NCBI RefSeq assembly: GCF_006345805.1
Contig: NW_021833245.1
Location: 1 to 64,000, forward strand
Origin: Octopus sinensis
Lineage: Eukaryota
Length of the DNA stretch: 64,000 nucleotides
Reading direction: 5' to 3'
The notes below the pieces were generated by a model, which did not search any database, had not been told where the DNA came from, and saw only the letters and a program-made list of their open reading frames with translations. Below, piece by piece: positions 25,409 through 38,080 of this stretch; position 1 is the stretch's first letter; every line of letters starts with the position of its first letter. The position numbers and the translations under genes were made by a program.

Positions 25409-26110
25409 CAAACTTCTACAACTCTCCATGATTTTATTTCGTAATCCGACATAACAGTATCAGATAGCTTGTGGCTTTACTGGACTGGTTTGATTCCTCT
25501 AAAGTTCCACCAGTATTCTTTTAATATATCAGGATTTAATTGGATACGTTGCTATAGCTTCCTTCCGTAAAATACTCCAGGTTGTCTTGATAACACACCA
25601 TACCATTATAAGAAATTATTATCGCAATGGCATTTTCTCAACGTTAACAATGATAAACTTACAGATGTTGTAATTTGATGTATTCTGTCGTGGTAGTGAA
25701 GATGGAATTGGTCAGGAATTCGTTAATTGTTACAGTGTGGAGATGGGCAAGTCGATGCAAAATGGTCAAAGCCATGCCAGTTTTGCTGGACTTGATGCTG
25801 GTTGCCGTAGCATTGACTGTGGTGGTTTTCTTATAGTGGTAGGAGTCATAATCGATACGATACTGCGATAATTGTGTTGGTGATTGTTGCGGCTTCGGCT
25901 ATTGCGTTGGCGGTTGCATATATGCTTCAGCTGAATGCGGGAGCGGGGAGGATATGATTATCGAGGATTGTCGTCATTATGTCGCCAGCTATGTTGTCGG
26001 TATAGCGTAGGCGCGTGGCTTAGCGGCTGAGGCATTCGGCACACGACAGTAAGGTGTGTGTTCAATTCCCGGCGACGCGTTGAGACCTTGAGCAAGACAC
26101 GTTATTTCAC

Positions 26111-26713
26111 ATTATTTACATAATTTACATTTCATAGATATTTCTCCTTATCTTGTTTGTTGCTAACATAACGTTTCGGCTATTATACCCTCCAACCTTC
26201 ATAAGGAGTCTTGGGGAAATTTCGAACCTGTCTTCTCATTCCTACGGTCTGGCAGAAACGTTAGCACGCCGGGCGAAATGCTAAGCGGTATTTTGCCTGC
26301 CGTTACGTTTTGAGTTCAAATTCCGCCGAGGTCGACTTTACCTTTCATCCTTTCGGGGTCGATAAATTAAGTACCAGTTACGCACTGGGGTCGATGTAAT
26401 CGACTTAATACCTATGTCTGTCTTTGTTTGCCCCTCTATGTTTATTCCCTTGTGGGTAATAAAGAAATAGGTATTTTTCGATATTATTATTATTATTATT
26501 ACATTATATTATTATTACTACTACTACAATTATTCAGGTCACTGCCTGGAATCGAACTCGGAATCTTGGGGTTAGTAGCTCGCGCTCTTAACCACTACAC
26601 CATATGCCCGTGGGCTGGAGGGTATGTCAACAAACAAGATGAGGAGAAAATACCCATCAAATGTAAATAATGTAAATAGTGTAAATAATTCCTCACCTTT
26701 TAAATATAGACCA
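26111..26713 (-). mobile_element. Composite non-autonomous element: tRNA-like head, (AAT)n, Penelope-like repeat with hammerhead motif and inverted partial terminal repeat; itself interrupted by a SINE A
   Basis: tRNA-like head 26535-26609 (A-box TGGTGTAGTGG, B-box GAGTTCGATTCC). Hammerhead-like CTTATGA-A-GGTTG...TAGCC-GAAAC-GTT at 26170-26206. Arms 26111-26165 and ~26625-26690 are inverted repeats. Confidence 0.7.
26249..26470 (+). mobile_element. SINE family A, near full length, nested
   Basis: CTGGCAGAAACGTTAGCACGCCGGGCG...TAAAGAAATAG. Confidence 0.9.
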
Positions 26714-27329
26714 TTATTTCACGTTGCCCCTGTCCACTCAGCTGGCAAACGGTGTATTACCTGCATTTCAAAGGGCCAGTCTTGTCACCTTGTCTCACGC
26801 TGAATATCACTCAGAACTACGTTAAGAGAACGTAGGTCTGAGGAGTACTCAACCGCTTGCATGTTAATTTCACGAGCAGGGCTGTTCCGTTGATTGGAAC
26901 AACTGGAACACTCGTCGTCGTAACCGACGGAGTTCCAGTAGTACTATGTTGGTATATAGGTGATGGTGGTGGTTGTGGTACATCTTTTCACTGTTGCGTC
27001 ACATGTGGTAGTTGTGGTTGTCGTGGTGGCTGTGGTAATGGTTATCATGATTGTGAGGGCAGTAGTTATACTGATGGGGTTTCTTGTAGAAGTGATGGCA
27101 GTGGAGGTTGTGGTGGTGGAGGCGGTGGTGATGGAGGCGGTGGTGTTAATATTTAACTAAGAGAATATGAACAGGCATGGCTGTCTTTTAATTTGCTTTT
27201 ATTAATGATGCTGGTCACACACACACACACATACATACATACATACATACATACATACATACACACACATATGTGTGCGTGTGTGTGTACATAAGTGGTT
27301 GTATTCAGAGTGGCAATGGCGGTCTTCCT

Positions 27330-27850
27330 GAGGACAAAGACGATGATTATGATCATGAGGAAGAGAAGGAGGGGGTAGACGACGACGACGATGATGATAG
27401 GGATGCTGATCAGGATCAGTATGACGATGAGTATGATGACAATGAAAATGATTGTGAGATAATGATGGATGTAATGATGGTGGTGGTGATGATGATGATG
27501 GTGGTGATGATAATAATATTGATGATGTGGGTGTTGATGTTGATGGTGGTGATAATGATGATGATGGTGTTAATGATGTAGGGTGTTGATGATGATGATG
27601 GTGATGATGAATATGGTGGTGGTGGTGATGATGATGATGGTGATGATGGTGTTAATGATGACGGCGTTGATGACGATGTGGATAATGATGATGATGTGGA
27701 TGATGATGGTAGTGGTGGTGATGATAATGGTGTTGATGATGTGAGAGTTGAGGATGAGAGTATTGATGATGATAGTGATGATGATAATGATGATATTGAT
27801 GCGGGTGTTGCTGACGACAACGACGATGATGGTAATGATTTGCGCTAATG
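27330..27850. repeat. (GAT)n/(GGT)n trinucleotide tract
   Basis: Direct reading. Confidence 0.9.
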
Positions 27851-28199
27851 ATGCTAACCACGCATGGTCGTATTCATCACTACGTACCCTGAGGTGAAAC
27901 TTCTGCTCAAACTAAACCCTGGTGCGAAGTATTCCAATCTCGAACATCCACCCGATCCATAATTGAGATGCATTGTGTTAATTATTTTTTCGAAACCGCA
28001 GGAGACGTTGCTATTTTTAGTTCTTCGGGTTATTACTTCGAAGCTCCCTAGTTTTGCAGTATAAAAATGTTGCATAAGATAGTCACAATGGTAGTTGCGG
28101 TGGTAGTATTGTCAGTGGTGGTTTGACACAGAGACTGTGATGCTGGCGGTGGAGGTATAGGTTAAGTGAAAGTAGGAGGTAGTAATGGTAGTCGTAATG

Positions 28200-29170
28200 G
28201 TTTCAGCATTGATAATAATGGTGTTGATGGCGAGCGTACTGTTTGTCAGCGTTGGTGTTAGTGGTGGTTGTTGTGATTGTGGTGGTATGGTTGTGTTGAT
28301 GGTTGTGGTGGTGAAGACAGTGGTGGTATGGTTGTGTTGATGGTTGTGGTGGTGAAGACAGTGGTTGTATGGTTATATTGATGGTTGTGGTGGTGGTTGA
28401 GTTTGTGGTGGTGGTGATGGTAGTTGTGGTGCTTGTAGCGGTTGTTGTTGTTGTGGTGGCGTTGATTGTGGTAGTAGTGGCTGTAATAGTGGTGGTGGTT
28501 TTGGTGGGTGTTGCTGTTGTGATAGTGGTGGTTGTGGTGATGGTACTGTTTGGCAGTGGTGGTGTTAGTGATGGTGGTGGTGGTTGTTGTGATTGGGGTG
28601 GTGAGAACAGTAGTGGTATCGTCACGTTGATGGTTGTGGTGGTAGTTGCGTTAGTGGTGGTGGTTGTGGTAGGGTGATGGTAGTTGTGGTGGTTGTAGTG
28701 GTTGTTGTTGTTGTGGTGGTTATTATGGTAGTAGTGGTTGTGGTGGCGGTGATTGTGGTAGTAGTGGTTGTGGTAGTGGTGTTTGTTGCGGTGGTGGTTG
28801 TGGTGGTGGCTTTGGTGAGTGTGGTGGTGGTAGTTTTGGTGGATGTTGTGGTGTTGGTAGTGGTGACGGTAGTTGTGGTTGTAGCGGCTGTTGTTGTTGT
28901 GGTGGTGGTGATGGCGGTGATTGTGGTAGTAGTGGTTGTGGTAGTGGTTGTTGTGGTAGCGGTGGCGGTTGTGGTGGTAGTTTTGGTGGGTGTTGTTGTT
29001 GTTGTGGTGGCGGTGGTAGTTGTGGTGATGGTACTGTTTAGCAGTGGTGCAGTTTGCAATGGAGGCATTTACTATGCTGGTGGAGTTACTGATGGTGATT
29101 GTGGTGGTGCTGGTAGCCGTGGTAGTGGTGGCGGTGGTGGTGGCGGTGGTAGTGGTGATTTCACTGCTGT
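28200..29170. repeat. (GGT/GTT/GTA)n trinucleotide tract with internal block duplications
   Basis: Direct reading; e.g. TGGTGGTATGGTTGTGTTGATGGTTGTGGTGGTGAAGACAG occurs twice at ~28281-28361. Confidence 0.9.
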
Positions 29171-29789
29171 GTTTTGCTGGCATTATAGAAGTGTGTGTTC
29201 GAACATTTGTGTGGTAGAGTGGAACATCCTTGTAGTCGAATAATCGGGTTTAATTTGATAATGGAAATCGCATATGTTGTTGTTGTTGTTCTTGTTGTTG
29301 TTACTGCAGTTCTTGGCGATAATAATGTTTATTATTGTTGTTGATAATGATAATCATTGTTGTTGTTGTTGTGCTTGCTGTTGCTTTCTTGGTTGCGTTA
29401 ACATAACTATATATTTGATATTGTTTTTGGGTTTTTATTTTGGCGGGGGAGGGCGTAATTTTTGTTGATGTTTTGTTTTTGTAAACTGTTTCCTCGTTAG
29501 GAGAATGATGCTGATGATAGTGATGGTTATTGCTGCGGAATGCGTTAATGAGGGTAGGAGGAGTATGTGGCGATGGTAGCGGTGATGGTGTTGTAATTTG
29601 GTTTCGATGGGAGGGAGGAGTCGGCGGTGTTAAAAGGGAAAAGGGAGAGGTGTCATTGCGTGTGTTTTGGTTGTATTTGCGCTATTTTTACTGCATTGCT
29701 TACCTGGCGATGTCGAAAGAGAAATACGTAAATACAAAATTTATACATACAAATATGTCTGTGTGTGTATGTATGTGTATATGTGCACT

Positions 29790-30593
29790 TATATATATAT
29801 ATACACACACACGCATATATACATGTATATATACGTATATATACATATATATATACATGTATATATACATGTATATACATATATATACATGTATATATAC
29901 ATATATATACATGTATTTATACAAATATATACATGTATTTATACAAATATACATGTATATATACATATATACATGTATATATACATATATACATGTATAT
30001 ATACATATATATTCATGTATATATACATATATACATGTATATATACATATATACATGTATATACATATATATACATGTATATATACATATATATATACAT
30101 ATATATACATGTATATATACATATATATACATGTATATATACATATACATACATGTATATATCCATATATATACATGTATATATACATATACATACATAT
30201 ACATTTATACATATATATGCACATATATACATATATATGCACATATATACATATATATGCACATATATACATATATATGCACATATATACATAACACACA
30301 TACACACACAGATACATAGTTGTATGTATGTGTGTAAATATATATATATACATACATATATATATAAATACATACATATATATATATATATATACATACA
30401 TACATATACATATATATGCACATATATACATACACACACACAGACATATTTGTATGTATATATATACATTTGTCTACTTAGTATATTCATCTAGCTATTA
30501 ATGCATCTCATTATGTATGTATCTATACGTATGTATGAAAGAGGGGTACATAGACGTGCAGAGACCGATTGCGAGAGAATGAGAGGGAAAGAG

Positions 30594-30660
<67 letters not shown>
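29790..30660. repeat. (TATATACATG)-type minisatellite, (TA)n tracts and a long (GA)n run
   Basis: Direct reading. Confidence 0.9.
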
Positions 30661-30663
<3 letters not shown>

Positions 30664-31204
30664 GGCAACAGTAAGATATGCGATGTTGCTCGTGAAATGA
30701 ACTACCTTGACGTGCTTCCTTCAGCGATTAAGGATTGAGATACATTAAGCAGTCATAACCTATTGAATCAAACAGTGACCCGACTTCAACACCATCAAAC
30801 CATAATCTAGAAGCCCAGAATCACTGCTATTGCTACCAATAGTAAGACATCAAGCAACCATCTCTGATATACTATATTTCATCATTACTGCCCTTCACCT
30901 CTGCATCTGTTCATTCTGCCAGTAAGCCAGTTAGAATGTTAAGACTTGATTGCCAACTCACTCAGCCATCTAAAAACGTTCATATATTCGCCATATTTAA
31001 AATGTCTTCTGCATTATCATGCGCTAATCAAGCCATATATTTGGCTTTAATATCTAGACCATCATCAACCTATCTTTCTATCAATTTATCTATTTCAATC
31101 AGCAAATACATTTCGATCACTTTATACGTATTTATCCATCCATCAATATATTCATCGATCCCTTAAGTAAATTTGATGTATGAACAGATAAAGGCATGCT
31201 CGTA

Positions 31205-31216
31205 GATATATATATT

Positions 31217-31250
<34 letters not shown>

Positions 31251-31539
31251 ATATATGTGTGTGGTGTGTGTATATATATATAATATATATATGTGTGTGT
31301 GTGTATATATATATATGTGTGAGTGTGTATATATATATGTGTGTGTGTGTATATATATGTGTGTGTGTGTGTATATATATATGTGTGTTTGTACATATAT
31401 ATATGTGTGTGTGTAATATATATGTGTGTTTGTACATATATATATGTGTGTGTGTATATATATATATATATATGGTGTATATATATATATGTGTGGTATA
31501 TATATATGTGTGTGTGGTGTGTGTGTATATATATATATC

Positions 31540-31570
<31 letters not shown>

Positions 31571-31594
31571 GTGTGTGTGTGTATAATATATATA

Positions 31595-31644
<50 letters not shown>

Positions 31645-31680
31645 ATATGTGTGGTGTGTGTGTATATATATATATATATA

Positions 31681-31726
<46 letters not shown>

Positions 31727-32020
31727 CATGTATGTATATATATATGTGTGAGTGTGTGTGTGTGTGTGTATGTATGCGTGTATGATATTGACAGTGCGTA
31801 AACGTGTGTTCGATTATTTGTATAAAATGAACGAGTGAACGATAGGTATATTGATTTGGGAGCAATTCTCGATATACACTCACACACATATATGCATATA
31901 GATGCATACCTATACATACACACACACAGATATATGTATATATGTATATGTATGTATGTATGTATATGTATGTATGTATGTGTGTATGTATGTATGTACG
32001 TATGTATGTATGTATAAGCC
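31205..32020. repeat. (TA)n(TG)n compound microsatellite
   Basis: Direct reading. Confidence 0.95.
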
Positions 32021-32257
32021 CATACATACCCATATATATTTCCTTTCCACGTGTATATTCTCATTATCAGCAGCTGCTCAAATCTGTCGACAGGACATCA
32101 TTTACTAATGAGGCATAATGTCACAGCGGAAACACTTTTCAATAGGAACGTGTAAGAAAAATTATGCAAACAGATTAATGACAATCGATAAGATACTGTT
32201 TAGCGAAGCGATTTGATCGCTTATCGGGCTGCCGGGTCATAGATTCTTTGTTCTCAC

Positions 32258-32286
32258 CTTGCTTCTGACGCAATTTCCCGAAGTTG
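32258..32286 (-). CDS. Possible 29-nt micro-exon (QLREIASEA or NFGKLRQKQ)
   Basis: Acceptor TTCTGTATTTATAG and donor AAG|GTGAGA. Confidence 0.2.
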
Positions 32287-32929
32287 CTATAAATACAGAA
32301 CCGCTATGTGGGATCCCTTTCGCGAACAATCTCCTTGCTATAAATTTGCCCCATCCCTTCTCTTCGTGTGCTTTATCACGAGGAAACATATAGACGATGG
32401 GTGGAGCTTCTAAGTGTGGTCGGATAAAGTTTCCTCGCAAGCCGTTAAGACGGGAATCCAGATGTTTGCTTATGTCCACATATGAGCCAGAAAACAGCAG
32501 TCACATCTTCACTAAAGTATACCGCATTATTTGTAAAATAGCAGCTAGAATTTCTGAATCCCTTTTCCACGAGAAGACTTGTAGGTGCTTGTCTGATATA
32601 GAACAGTAGCAGCTAAAATTTGTTGAAAAGTTTCTATGAAAAAGAAAGTATTATATGCGTTTGTAAGCACTAACAGAAATTAGCTTCTAAATCATCTTCA
32701 AACTATATCTAAATGCTTTTAAAACGATTATGTCATGAATGTATTCGAAAGGACAAAATTTCTGCACAGAAAAAAAAAATATGTAAGAAACGATGTCAAC
32801 CGTTTGAATATCTCTGTTCATATTCCTTTGCAATCATGATTAAATTGGTATTCATTAACAGCAAAGTACCAACAACGAAACTGAAAACTTAAACCAAATG
32901 ATACACGACAGCCTTTTAGAGCTTACACG

Positions 32930-33480
32930 CTTGTGGTGGCTGCCCCCTCGTTATCGAGTATGGCCATTGCACGAAGCTTAACCAATGTTGTTATCGTGCA
33001 ATGCCTGTGCAAGACTTTTTTTAAAGTGAGGAAAGGATGTGCACTGAGTCAATCCCACTCACTAAGCAACAGCAGCCATAATCCGAAAAGAAGAACAAGT
33101 CAACATCATCGGTAACCACTAAGCCGCAGTTTTATGTCGGAGTTATCCCTGTTACTTGAGTTACCTTCTCCTAGAAGGATGCCCTAACAACGGCTAGGAG
33201 TCCTTCACTCCCAGTAGTTTAACCGCGCGATCGGATATTCAGTCCGATTATTTCTGTCCCCGCGCATGATACAGCTTTAAGAATATTTATTGGATGGCCG
33301 TTGACTCTCAAGAGTTCCTCCACCCTTTGACAGGTTTTGTTTTTCATCCTGCAGGGTGTCCAAAAAACACCCTCTTCACAAAGCAAGCTTGGTGGGGTTG
33401 CCGGTTTAGACGCCGACGACCCTACCATGCAACAGGTTGTACTGGGTTACATGTCACCACTAGCACTCGAAAGTGACCTA
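32930..33480 (-). mobile_element. Probable RTE-type LINE 5' region fragment
   Basis: GC-rich block with TAAACTACTGG...GGGCATCCTTCTAGGAGAAGGTAACTC...AAAACTGCGGC, resembling RTE/BovB-type 5' UTRs (recalled). Confidence 0.5.
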
Positions 33481-33772
33481 ACACGCTTGTATTGTACAAA
33501 CAACAGTATAGCTATGGCTAGGAAGATTTTAAAATAGTACTCGACCTCGAGATCTTCGCATTTCTTACAAAGAAAAACCCTCACTTCATAATTACAGGTT
33601 CTGGAGTTTGATTTCACTGCATAGATATTTACTACAACCTGAATTCGAGGCGTATGAGTGTCATGAGACAGACGGGATCTTTCTGCAATTTCGTCGGTGG
33701 ATTTTACTTGTCATTCAAGCGTGTAACATTGTCACTCACTGTGACACACTAACTATATTTGAAGGACTGTTT

Positions 33773-34060
33773 TCCGTCGGGTACGACGATGAGTGTTCTA
33801 GTTGATTCGATCAACGGAACAGCATACTCCAGAAATTAACAAGTGGCTAATTACTCCACAGATACGCGTGTACTTAACGTAGTTCTCAGGGAGATTCAGC
33901 TTGCCACAAAATGGCCCTTTGACATACAGCTACAACTAATATTCACGAGCTGAGTTGACTGGAAGAATGTGAAATCAACTGTTTATTCTAAGACAACATG
34001 CAGCGCAGGTAACCGAACTCAAAACTTTACGATTGTGAGTCGAACATCTTAGCCACTGAG
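33773..34060 (-). mobile_element. SINE family C, degenerate
   Basis: CCGTCGGGTACGACGATGAGTGTTCTAGTTGATTCGATCAACGGAACAG is the reverse complement of the family C 3' end. Confidence 0.75.
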
Positions 34061-34224
34061 CTTTGTACCGTCACGTACTTGAAGAGTATACTCAGCATAT
34101 TACATGGAAAGGCAATGAGCACGTGACATACTACTAGAGAGAATAACTTAAAACTCATCGTTGACATCGACGAAAATCCGTTTTAATAATTAGAACAAAC
34201 AGGATATGAACAATCGCAACTACG

Positions 34225-34640
34225 TATTTCTTTACTGCCCCCAAGGGGCTAAACATAGAGGAGACAAACAAAGACAGACAAAGGGATTAAGGTAATTGCA
34301 TCGACCCTAGTGCGCAACTGGTACTTAATTTATCGACCCTGAAAGGATGAAAGGCAAAGTCGACCTTGGCGGAATTTGAACTCAGAACGTAGCGACAGAC
34401 AAAATACCTATTTCTTTACTACCCACAAGGGGCTAAACACAGAGAGGACAAACAAGGACAGACAAAGGGATTAAGTCGATTATATCGATCCCAGTGCGTA
34501 ACTGGTACTTATTTAATCGACGCCGAAAGGAGGAAAAGCAAAGTCGACCTCAGTGGAATTTGAACTCAGAACGTAACGGCAGACGAAATACCGCTAAGCA
34601 TTTCGCCCGGCATCCTAACGCGTCTGCCAGATCACCGCCC
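34225..34640 (-). mobile_element. SINE family A tandem dimer with one 14-bp TSD
   Basis: TSD ACAATCGCAACTAC at 34210-34223 and 34642-34655. Confidence 0.92.
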
Positions 34641-34684
34641 TACAATCGCAACTACTCATCAACAGTGAAAAAGCTTAATCTACT

Positions 34685-34945
34685 TTGCTAGCAACTAGGA
34701 TCACCAAACATAGATTGACATATTTTGGTCTTATTATGCGGAAGAAATCCCTGGAGAAGGACATCATGCTTGGAATGGTCAGTGGCAAGAGAGGAAGAAG
34801 CCGACCAAGAACCCGCTGGCTTGACACCATCAAGAGTGACATGGGAATGGCCATGGCCAACCTGAAAGAAAGGACCCAGGATAGAACTGGCTGGAGAACA
34901 CTGATCCATCGAGTAACAGAGAGCCGACTTCGACTGAGCGAATAC
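34685..34945 (+). mobile_element. RTE (BovB-like) LINE 3' coding fragment
   Basis: RLTYFGLIMRKKSLEKDIMLGMVSGKRGRSRPRTRWLDTIK...DRTGWRTLIHRVTESRLRLSE is the typical RTE ORF C-terminus. Confidence 0.9.
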
Positions 34946-36028
34946 TTAGTATCACATCGCTAGAGCGGGCGTTAGGCAATTCAAGTGGGAAACAAACCAT
35001 TTTTTGTGTGGGAAAAATAATGTGTTATATTGGAGATACGTGGGAGAGAACATCTTGAAGAGAGGGAATTGAGAGAAGAGACACAACTTCTGAATAAGAT
35101 AGTGAGTGAATGAGTGAGTGAGTGAGGCAAGAAATTATTATGCTGGGGGCAAAGTAAAGGAGTCGGTTATATGGTTGCCTCCAAACTTCCGTTTTCGGAG
35201 TTTGAACACACGATCGAATCGCAGAGGTGCCTTCCAGCTATATACAACGTGATCATTTGATAGTAACGCTGGAGTAGCACATCTGTGTCTCTACAGCTCG
35301 GTACAAAGGCGATTTCTTACATGGAGAAAGAGACTGGGAATTGGACCCCATGGTAATTTGATCTTGTCGGAATTTAAACACAGAACCGGTAGGAATAAAG
35401 TAAGTAATTTTGTCAACCACGACTACTCTGGCAAAATGCCAAATTTTATCTTCTATACAATATGTCTGAAAACTAAATTAATGAAAAAGAGGGATAATTA
35501 TGGCTGGGATGCATTTTATCACAGTCTCGTTCAATCGTTATTCAACCCTAGATAAAACCATAATAAAATAAAATAAAATAAAATAAAACATACGTTAAGT
35601 GACTTGCATTAGAAGGAAATATATCGGAGTATCACTATGGCCCCTATGCGTCGTATAAATTAAATAAACAGATGAAAGAGGCGAGTCTACTACACGAATG
35701 GTTTAGCTATTATCAGCTATATACCAAGTCAGCAGAACGAAAGAATACTATTTGCTTAGAGACAATACAGAAAATCTAAATATCTGAATAGTTCACTTTT
35801 TTCACAAGCTCTCGGCAAAGTATCTAAACATTACATTAAATGGAAAAGAAAAAAAAAAGGAATACGCACGCATATACACACATATACACATATATGCGTA
35901 CAGGCGCGTGTGCACATGTGTGTATGTATATGTAATTAAAATTGAATATAGAGATTAGAGATTCCACATATATAGGAATGTTAGCTGCGACAATCGTTTA
36001 TTTCAAATGTCAAAGCCTATATATATAT

Positions 36029-36076
<48 letters not shown>

Positions 36077-36081
36077 ATATA

Positions 36082-36113
<32 letters not shown>

Positions 36114-36822
36114 CTTTATAAAGACACACAAGTGTGTGTGTGTGTAGGTGTATGCGCAAATAAGAAACAATACGACAAAAATATATATATGAAAAATAAA
36201 GTACAATAAAATAAAAACTGGCAAGAACCAGACGAAACCAATATCCATTGTGAAAGCACTTTCCACCATATTAACCGGTTCAATGTCTGCTGAACATTTT
36301 ATGAGTGAAACATACGGTAGCATACATGCTCACGTACATTTATACACACTCATTATACATACACACGGTCACACATACATATTTACATACATACATACAT
36401 AAAAAAATACATACATACAAAGACACGTAGATATGCTCACACTTACCACACACACGTTCTGGTAAATATAACATATGACATATATGCCTATGTGTTACTA
36501 AATGTGTGTATCGGTTTTAATGTGTGCTTCGTATATAATCATTCATAAAAGCAACGAAATACTATCTGAGAAGCAAAAGAAACAGAAAAAACAAAACAAA
36601 AGATTTTAGAAGAGTATAAAATTTACTGTACAAGGAAAAAAAGGTTTGCAGTAAAATGGAAGTTTTGCCTATTACCATTTTCTTCAGTGAGACGAAGCGA
36701 CCAACGAGGGAATTTGGAAGGCACAGTCACACTTTTCCTTGTAAATACACACACACACACACAGAGACACGCGCGCATACACGCACGCTCGCACACATAC
36801 AGTAATTATATAACTGACACGA

Positions 36823-37237
36823 AGGCGGCGAGCTGGCAAAAACGTTAGCACGCCGGGCGTAATGCTTAGCGGTATTTCGTCTGCCACTACGTTCTAAGTT
36901 CAAATTCCGCCGAGGTCGACTTTGTCTTTCATCCTTTCGGGGTCGATAAATTAAGTACCAGTTACGCACTGGGGTCAATATAATCGACTTAATACCTATG
37001 TATGTCCTTGTTTGTCCCTTCTATGTTTAGCCCCTTGTGTGTAATAAAGAAATAGGTATTTCGTCTGCCGCTACGTGCTGAGTTCAAATTCCGCCGAGTT
37101 CGACTTTGCCTTTTATCCTTTCGGGGTCGATTAAATAAGTACCAGTTACGCACTGGGGTCAATGTAATCGACTTAATCCGTTTGTCTGTCCTTGTTTGTC
37201 CCCTCTGTGTTTAGCCCCTTGTGGGCAATAAAGAAAT
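36823..37237 (+). mobile_element. SINE family A tandem dimer with one 13-bp TSD
   Basis: TSD TATATAACTGACA at 36807-36819 and 37239-37251. Confidence 0.92.
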
Positions 37238-37869
37238 CTATATAACTGACATGTTGGATAGTTTGAAGTACGGTGTGAATAATACCAGGTCTTCCCAGCA
37301 CTACACAGAAATACAGAAGCGCTATGATGTAGCTACCGTCCCATCTTCAAGTATTCTTATTTAAGCTGATGCACACACACAGGAACACCGATACAATCTC
37401 ACACACACCCTCAGAAATGTCTAACAGACACGCCCACTTACATATAATTTCTCATTCCTAAATCAATTGCTTACATCCTGAAAATATTTCTAACGATAGA
37501 AGGTGTTGACCAGAGGAGAATAGTTTTAAAACCTCCCACGTATCATGTCCAGCGAAGCTACTATAACGAAGGACACAGAAAACAATTTACTTATAGATGT
37601 ACCTAAAATTATTTCCTTGGTACGCTCATATTTTACGAAGATATATTCATATTATTCGCCCCGTTCGTTTGGCACAGTCAAAGCGCTTTTACAGCACACA
37701 CACACACACACACACACACAACAATGATAGGGATTCGAAGTATCAAATAGATCTCACATTAAGCGCTTCAATAACAAGACTATGAAACAGCTGTAAACGA
37801 ATGGAATAAAGATCCACTCTTCCCTAAATTTACATACATATTCCATATGTTCCCCACACTCACACACAT

Positions 37870-38080
37870 ATTGTATTTCATTTTTTATCTTTTACTTATT
37901 TCAGCCATTAAACTACAGCCATCCTGGGTCACAGCTTTGAAGGGTTTTAGTCGGACGAATCGATCCAAGAAATTAATATTTTATAGCTTGGTACTTATTG
38001 TATCAGCGTGTTTTGCTGAATCCCTAAATTACGTGGGCATAAGCAAACCAAGGCCGGCTGTTGAGCGGTGTTGGGGAAGA
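37870..38080 (-). mobile_element. SINE family B 3' fragment
   Basis: TTTTACTTATTTCAGCC...TTAGTCGGACGAATCGATCC...GGTGTTGGGG. Confidence 0.75.

Larger units (their letters stand above)
26010..26935 (+). mobile_element. SINE family C split by a nested insertion (head 26010-26110, body 26714-26935)
   Basis: A-box TGGCTTAGCGG, B-box GTTCAATTCCC and CORE-like GACCTTGAGCAAGACAC; resumes TTATTTCACGTTGCCCC...GTCGTAACCGACGGAG; TTATTTCAC is duplicated on both sides of the insert. Confidence 0.8.

Noticed and set aside
26535-26609. tRNA gene
   Set aside because: It has A and B boxes but no paired acceptor stem, and it is embedded in a repeat with an (AAT)n tail; treated as a SINE-like head.
32237-32479. 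80-aa ORF with KGWGKFI, reminiscent of a MATH/TRAF domain
   Set aside because: The match is only a few residues, with no convincing acceptor or start for the whole frame and no other MATH features.
33390-33480. HDV-like ribozyme at the RTE 5' end
   Set aside because: Hairpins are present, but the nested double-pseudoknot order (P1-P2-P3-P1.1-P4 with catalytic C) could not be built by eye.
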